From contig NZ_CP007754.1 in the NCBI RefSeq assembly GCF_000757865.1, positions 960,001 through 992,000 on the forward strand: a stretch of DNA of 32,000 bases, given 5' to 3'. A model generated the notes under the pieces. The model saw only the letters and a program-made list of their open reading frames with translations. It was not told where the DNA came from and did no database searches. Positions 28,725 to 32,000 of this stretch are shown piece by piece; the stretch's first letter is position 1, and every line of letters begins with the position of its first letter. The position numbers and the translations under genes were made by a program. This stretch comes from Prochlorococcus sp. MIT 0801. Lineage in GTDB: Bacteria > Cyanobacteriota > Cyanobacteriia > PCC-6307 > Cyanobiaceae.

Positions 28725-28976
28725 ATGGATAAAGAAAATGAAACCAATTGGAAGAAGTCCTTAGATAATATATTAATTTATAATCTTTATATTCTAATAA
28801 TAGGATCCTTATTTTTAGCTTTTAGTTTTATCTTAAGTGTTAATGGGAAACCTTATTTTTATAATTTATTTCAAAAGCTTTGGTATCCTGTATTCATACC
28901 ATCATTAAGTTTATTCTTCACAGCAATATTGGTTGAATCTGTAATAAATTCTCTTGTTGATCGTCAAAACAAATAA
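28725..28976 (+). CDS. 83-aa two-helix membrane protein (hypothetical)
   Basis: ATG start. Helices ILIYNLYILIIGSLFLAFSFIL and VFIPSLSLFFTAILVESVI. Confidence 0.5.
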   Translation: MDKENETNWKKSLDNILIYNLYILIIGSLFLAFSFILSVNGKPYFYNLFQKLWYPVFIPSLSLFFTAILVESVINSLVDRQNK

Positions 28977-29064
28977 ACTCATGAATGGTTAAGCTTTCAA
29001 CATTTAAAACCAATCAATTGTTTTTAAAAAGAATTGGCATAAAATAAAAAAAATTCGAGTCAAA

Positions 29065-29211
29065 ATGAGATTTAAAGTTTCTATGCTTAATAAACAAGGT
29101 AATCTCCATGAAGAGACTGTTATTGCGAATAATAAGGAGGATGCAAAAAGAAATGTGCTGGGTCTTAATCCCAATTCAACAGTATTAGAAGCAAAATGGG
29201 TCTATAAGTAA
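29065..29211 (+). CDS. 48-aa soluble miniprotein (hypothetical)
   Basis: Hand-translated: MRFKVSMLNKQGNLHEETVIANNKEDAKRNVLGLNPNSTVLEAKWVYK. Beta-alpha-beta-like pattern. Confidence 0.35.
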   Translation: MRFKVSMLNKQGNLHEETVIANNKEDAKRNVLGLNPNSTVLEAKWVYK

Positions 29212-29220
29212 ACTTAAATC

Positions 29221-29234
29221 AAAAAAAAAAAAAA
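29221..29234. repeat. A14 homopolymer running into the ATG of the 117-aa ORF
   Basis: Counted directly: 14 consecutive A at 29221-29234. The last A is the A of the ATG at 29234. Confidence 0.9.
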
Positions 29235-29587
29235 TGGATGAACTTACTTATAAGGATCTGAGCAACAACGAATTAGACACCCTTAAAGATATGTATATAT
29301 CAAGTCGAGTTAACTCTATGACCGAGGATGATCTAAGGAATTTTGTTAAGGAAATTATTATCGATCAGATTAAAGGCACTGTAGGTAATGCTGAGGAGAA
29401 GGAAGCATGGGAAGAAATAAAAGATCATTTCTCAGAGGACTTAAGTAAAAAAATTCTTGAAGTGAAAGAAAAATGCAATAAAAATCCTAAAGTAGAACAA
29501 AAAAGTCAGGAAGATATTGAATTTGAGAGAAGACTTGGTCTTTTAAAACAACAACAAGAAGAGGAGTCAAGCAAAGACATGTGGTAA
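29234..29587 (+). CDS. 117-aa acidic hypothetical protein
   Basis: ATG start. Highly charged helical sequence (EEKEAWEEIKDHFSEDL...QQQEEESSKDMW). Confidence 0.5.
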   Translation: MDELTYKDLSNNELDTLKDMYISSRVNSMTEDDLRNFVKEIIIDQIKGTVGNAEEKEAWEEIKDHFSEDLSKKILEVKEKCNKNPKVEQKSQEDIEFERRLGLLKQQQEEESSKDMW

Positions 29588-29644
29588 GATTCAAACCATA
29601 AACACATTATAAAATTGATATCAATCACTTAATTAAATTATACT

Positions 29645-30187
29645 TTAATATAAAAGATACGTATACATCCGAAATAAGAAAGAAAACAAAGTAAAAACAA
29701 TAAATCTTGTGGATCTATATTTTAATTCATTCAGAAAACTTAAATATTTGCCGGATTGAGAGAATAAAGAAATAAATGCGAGTCCAAATGAAATCCTCTC
29801 AAGCCAAAAAAGTGACCGAAATATAGCTTTATTTAAATCATTAATATTTAAGGATATAAATACCAATATAAGAATAAAAATTAATGATAATAATAATATT
29901 GATTTGATGAAAATCTCTAATATTATACTAAAGGGGTAATTAAGTTTGGAAATTCTTTGTTTTATCTCTTTAAGATGAGTATTTTCTAAACGAAAATACT
30001 CCGTTTGAGGAATCCTAAACTTTTTATACCGATAATGTAACTCTCTTTCTAATTTAACATAATCAACGGTATACAATTTAGCTACAACATTATCTGGCTT
30101 GAGTTGTCTCATCCTATTCTCAAAGTTTTTTGTAATTCCAATCTTATATAAGTCTCTATTTCTTATTAAGTAAAGCCAACCACTCAT
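29645..30187 (-). CDS. T5orf172/MUG113-type GIY-YIG-like domain protein with three C-terminal transmembrane helices
   Basis: 180 aa with ATG start. GWLYLIRNRDLYKIGITKNFENRMRQL...LERELHYRYKKFRIPQTEYFRL matches the T5orf172 pattern (G.vYi.....yKIG.T.....R...L....E..lH..f...r...EwF). It is followed by the hydrophobic helices IILEIFIKSILLLSLIFILILVFISL, ISFGLAFISLFS and FIVFTLFSFLF. Confidence 0.75.
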   Translation of the reverse strand: MSGWLYLIRNRDLYKIGITKNFENRMRQLKPDNVVAKLYTVDYVKLERELHYRYKKFRIPQTEYFRLENTHLKEIKQRISKLNYPFSIILEIFIKSILLLSLIFILILVFISLNINDLNKAIFRSLFWLERISFGLAFISLFSQSGKYLSFLNELKYRSTRFIVFTLFSFLFRMYTYLLY

Positions 30188-30227
30188 ATTAATTTAAACT
30201 CTTTCGTATTCAAGATTAATGAGTAAG

Positions 30228-31520
30228 TTATGCCGCCTCATTTTTTCTAATTGAGTTAAATTTTTCTCTCATAGTAGGATTATTTCTGGTCAATCGTTTA
30301 ACCGAAACATCTTGAGCTTTATCATTAGCTAACCTAAGATTTCTATCAGCACCAAGTAAAGCATCTTTGGTTTTTTGCAAGTGATTAATAGATTTATCAA
30401 TCTCCATAATTGCTGTTTCAAAGCGTTTTGACGCTAGCGTATAATTTTTACCAAACGAATCCTTAAATAATTCAAGGCTATTTTCAAAATTTGTGATATC
30501 AATATTCTGCTCCTTAATAGCAGCTAGTTCTGATTTATACGCAAGCGCCTTATGTGAAGCGTTCCTCAATAAAGAAATTATTGGTAAAAAACATTGGGGA
30601 CGAACAACATACATTTTTGGATAACGATATGAAAAGTCAACAATTCCAGAATTAAACAAATCATTGTCAGATTCTAATAAAGAAACTAAAACAGCATATT
30701 CGCAATTTTTTTCAATGCGATCTTTATTTAACTCTTTAAGAAAGTCCTCATTTTTCTTCTTACTAGAAGTGCTATCACATTCATTTTTCATTTCAAACAT
30801 AATAGATACGATTTCGTTCCCTTCACTATCACAGTCACGGAAGATATAATCACCTTTACTACCAAAACTAGAATCATTATCTTTGTCAAAATATGCATTA
30901 GGAAAGGCTGTAGCCCGTAGTCGATTAAATTCATTCTCACAATGTTGCTCAAGTGACTCGCCAACCATTTTTGTAGATAATTTTATTTTCATATCACGAA
31001 GTCTCTCAATTAAATCATCTCGTTCTTTTAACTGAATCTCATATCTCATTTTTATAGAATTTTCAGACAATTCATTTTGAAGCTCAACTTTATCTAAATT
31101 ATTTTTGATTTTTTCATACCCTTCTCTTAATTCAGAAATTGCTTCAGAAACTGCAAGTTTTTTTTCATATTCATTCTTTTCTCTAGTTTTCTCCAATAAA
31201 AACTCAAGTGAATCTCTCTCTTTTTCGAAGGTATGTTTGATTTTATTCACAGTCATAGTCTTATCAGTCTGAGCAGCCATCAACTGAGTATGAAGGTCTT
31301 GCATTTTTTTTTCATTTACTAATGCTGCCTCTTGCATTTGTAATCGAATATTTTGAATAGCAAGCTCAACGGATTTCTGTTTATCCTTTTCAAGAAGTTC
31401 AAGCCTTTTGTTCATTTCATCCTCAAACTCCTCATCTCTTACCTGCTTAATAATGTTTGAGTAATTATCTTCATCAATATTTATAGTGCTACCACATTCA
31501 GGACATTTGATTTCATTCAT
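30228..31520 (-). CDS. DUF2130-family protein: CPxCG knuckle, long coiled coil, C-terminal restriction-endonuclease-like (PD-(D/E)xK-like) domain
   Basis: The track ORF starts at a TTG (31544); the ATG at 31520 gives [33 protein letters not shown]..., the typical DUF2130 N-terminus. C-terminal blocks: [76 protein letters not shown], and QNIDITNFE...[10 protein letters not shown]...LRLANDKA. Confidence 0.85.
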   Translation of the reverse strand: MNEIKCPECGSTINIDEDNYSNIIKQVRDEEFEDEMNKRLELLEKDKQKSVELAIQNIRLQMQEAALVNEKKMQDLHTQLMAAQTDKTMTVNKIKHTFEKERDSLEFLLEKTREKNEYEKKLAVSEAISELREGYEKIKNNLDKVELQNELSENSIKMRYEIQLKERDDLIERLRDMKIKLSTKMVGESLEQHCENEFNRLRATAFPNAYFDKDNDSSFGSKGDYIFRDCDSEGNEIVSIMFEMKNECDSTSSKKKNEDFLKELNKDRIEKNCEYAVLVSLLESDNDLFNSGIVDFSYRYPKMYVVRPQCFLPIISLLRNASHKALAYKSELAAIKEQNIDITNFENSLELFKDSFGKNYTLASKRFETAIMEIDKSINHLQKTKDALLGADRNLRLANDKAQDVSVKRLTRNNPTMREKFNSIRKNEAA

Positions 31521-31664
31521 ATCTGAATTAGAGAGACAAACCAACTATCTACCCTTTTTATCTGTTTTCACACCCACAAGCAAGAATTATGTTAAACCCA
31601 AAAACCAACTATAAAAAGGAAGAGGTTAGGACTTGAAATTTAGAGAAAACAAAATCTTCTTTTA

Positions 31665-31898
31665 TTATTCTTTAGATCTTGGATAAATTCCAGACAAATC
31701 ACCTTTATTTGCCTTAATGGCAGAAGATTTCCATTCATACCATTTTTTATTTCTTGAATAGTCTTCATCTTCCCAAATCTGATTTTGAAATATCAAGATC
31801 CCACAAAGTATGAAAAAGATGAGGGCACCCAAAATGATATGCCAATCGATCATTATTGATGCATTTGAATAACGAACGTAGGCAATGATTTTCATCAA
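31665..31898 (-). CDS. 77-aa single-pass membrane protein (hypothetical)
   Basis: ATG starts at M1, M2 and M16. Helix WHIILGALIFFILCGILIF followed by a Trp/Lys-rich tail. Confidence 0.45.
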   Translation of the reverse strand: MMKIIAYVRYSNASIMIDWHIILGALIFFILCGILIFQNQIWEDEDYSRNKKWYEWKSSAIKANKGDLSGIYPRSKE

Positions 31899-32000
31899 AA
31901 AGTCACTTATGAACTAATCCACATCAAAAGATGTACTCGTCTGATACTAAAGAACTTTCAGTTGAAGTGCGTTTTTTACCAACATTTGATTAAATGTTAT

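Noticed and set aside
30664-30849. 61-aa ORF antisense within the DUF2130 gene
   Set aside because: It is nested in a strongly family-like CDS. Its Ser/Phe-rich translation looks spurious.
1-32000. Search for tRNA/rRNA genes, CRISPR repeats, IS elements or transposases, integrases and long direct or inverted repeats
   Set aside because: A by-eye scan of all spacers larger than 80 bp found nothing convincing. There are no cloverleaf-like GC-rich segments, no regularly spaced repeats and no recombinase-like ORFs. tRNAscan, Infernal or a repeat finder should confirm this.

Overview
Very AT-rich, tightly packed cyanobacterial chromosome segment. Gene content (chlH, a plastoquinone-type UbiH-like monooxygenase, DUF3038/DUF4335/DUF2949 cyanobacterial families, Nif11-like peptides) and gene style (many non-ATG starts, weak or absent Shine-Dalgarno sequences, dozens of tiny ORFs) suggest a high-light-adapted Prochlorococcus marinus; this is inference, as no search was run. 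The window has two parts. (1) About 1-14.6 kb is conserved core: thioredoxin-like protein, methyltransferase-like protein, DUF4335-like and DUF3038-like proteins, apt, UbiH-like FAD monooxygenase, dapB, chlH (1337 aa), a co-directional S4-domain gene/tpiA/folP run, an MsbA-type ABC exporter, and small conserved proteins. (2) About 14.6-32 kb looks like a flexible genomic island. It is visibly more AT-rich, changes strand often, and carries many 40-120 aa ORFs (single-pass membrane or secreted miniproteins, two Nif11-like peptides, a stand-alone IF2_N-like domain). Between these sit a few accessory enzymes and channels: P-loop uridine-kinase-like protein, NmrA-like protein, membrane fatty-acid desaturase, S51 peptidase, SDR, MBL-fold protein and an RCK K+ channel. 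I found no tRNA, rRNA, CRISPR array, transposase or integrase. The best candidate for an undescribed system is the two-gene minus-strand cassette at 29645-31544. It pairs a DUF2130-type protein (CPECG knuckle, long coiled coil, C-terminal PD-(D/E)xK-like motif set) with a T5orf172/GIY-YIG-like domain fused to three transmembrane helices. I read this as a possible phage-defence or abortive-infection module. All family assignments come from motif recognition by eye and need HMM or structure searches to confirm.
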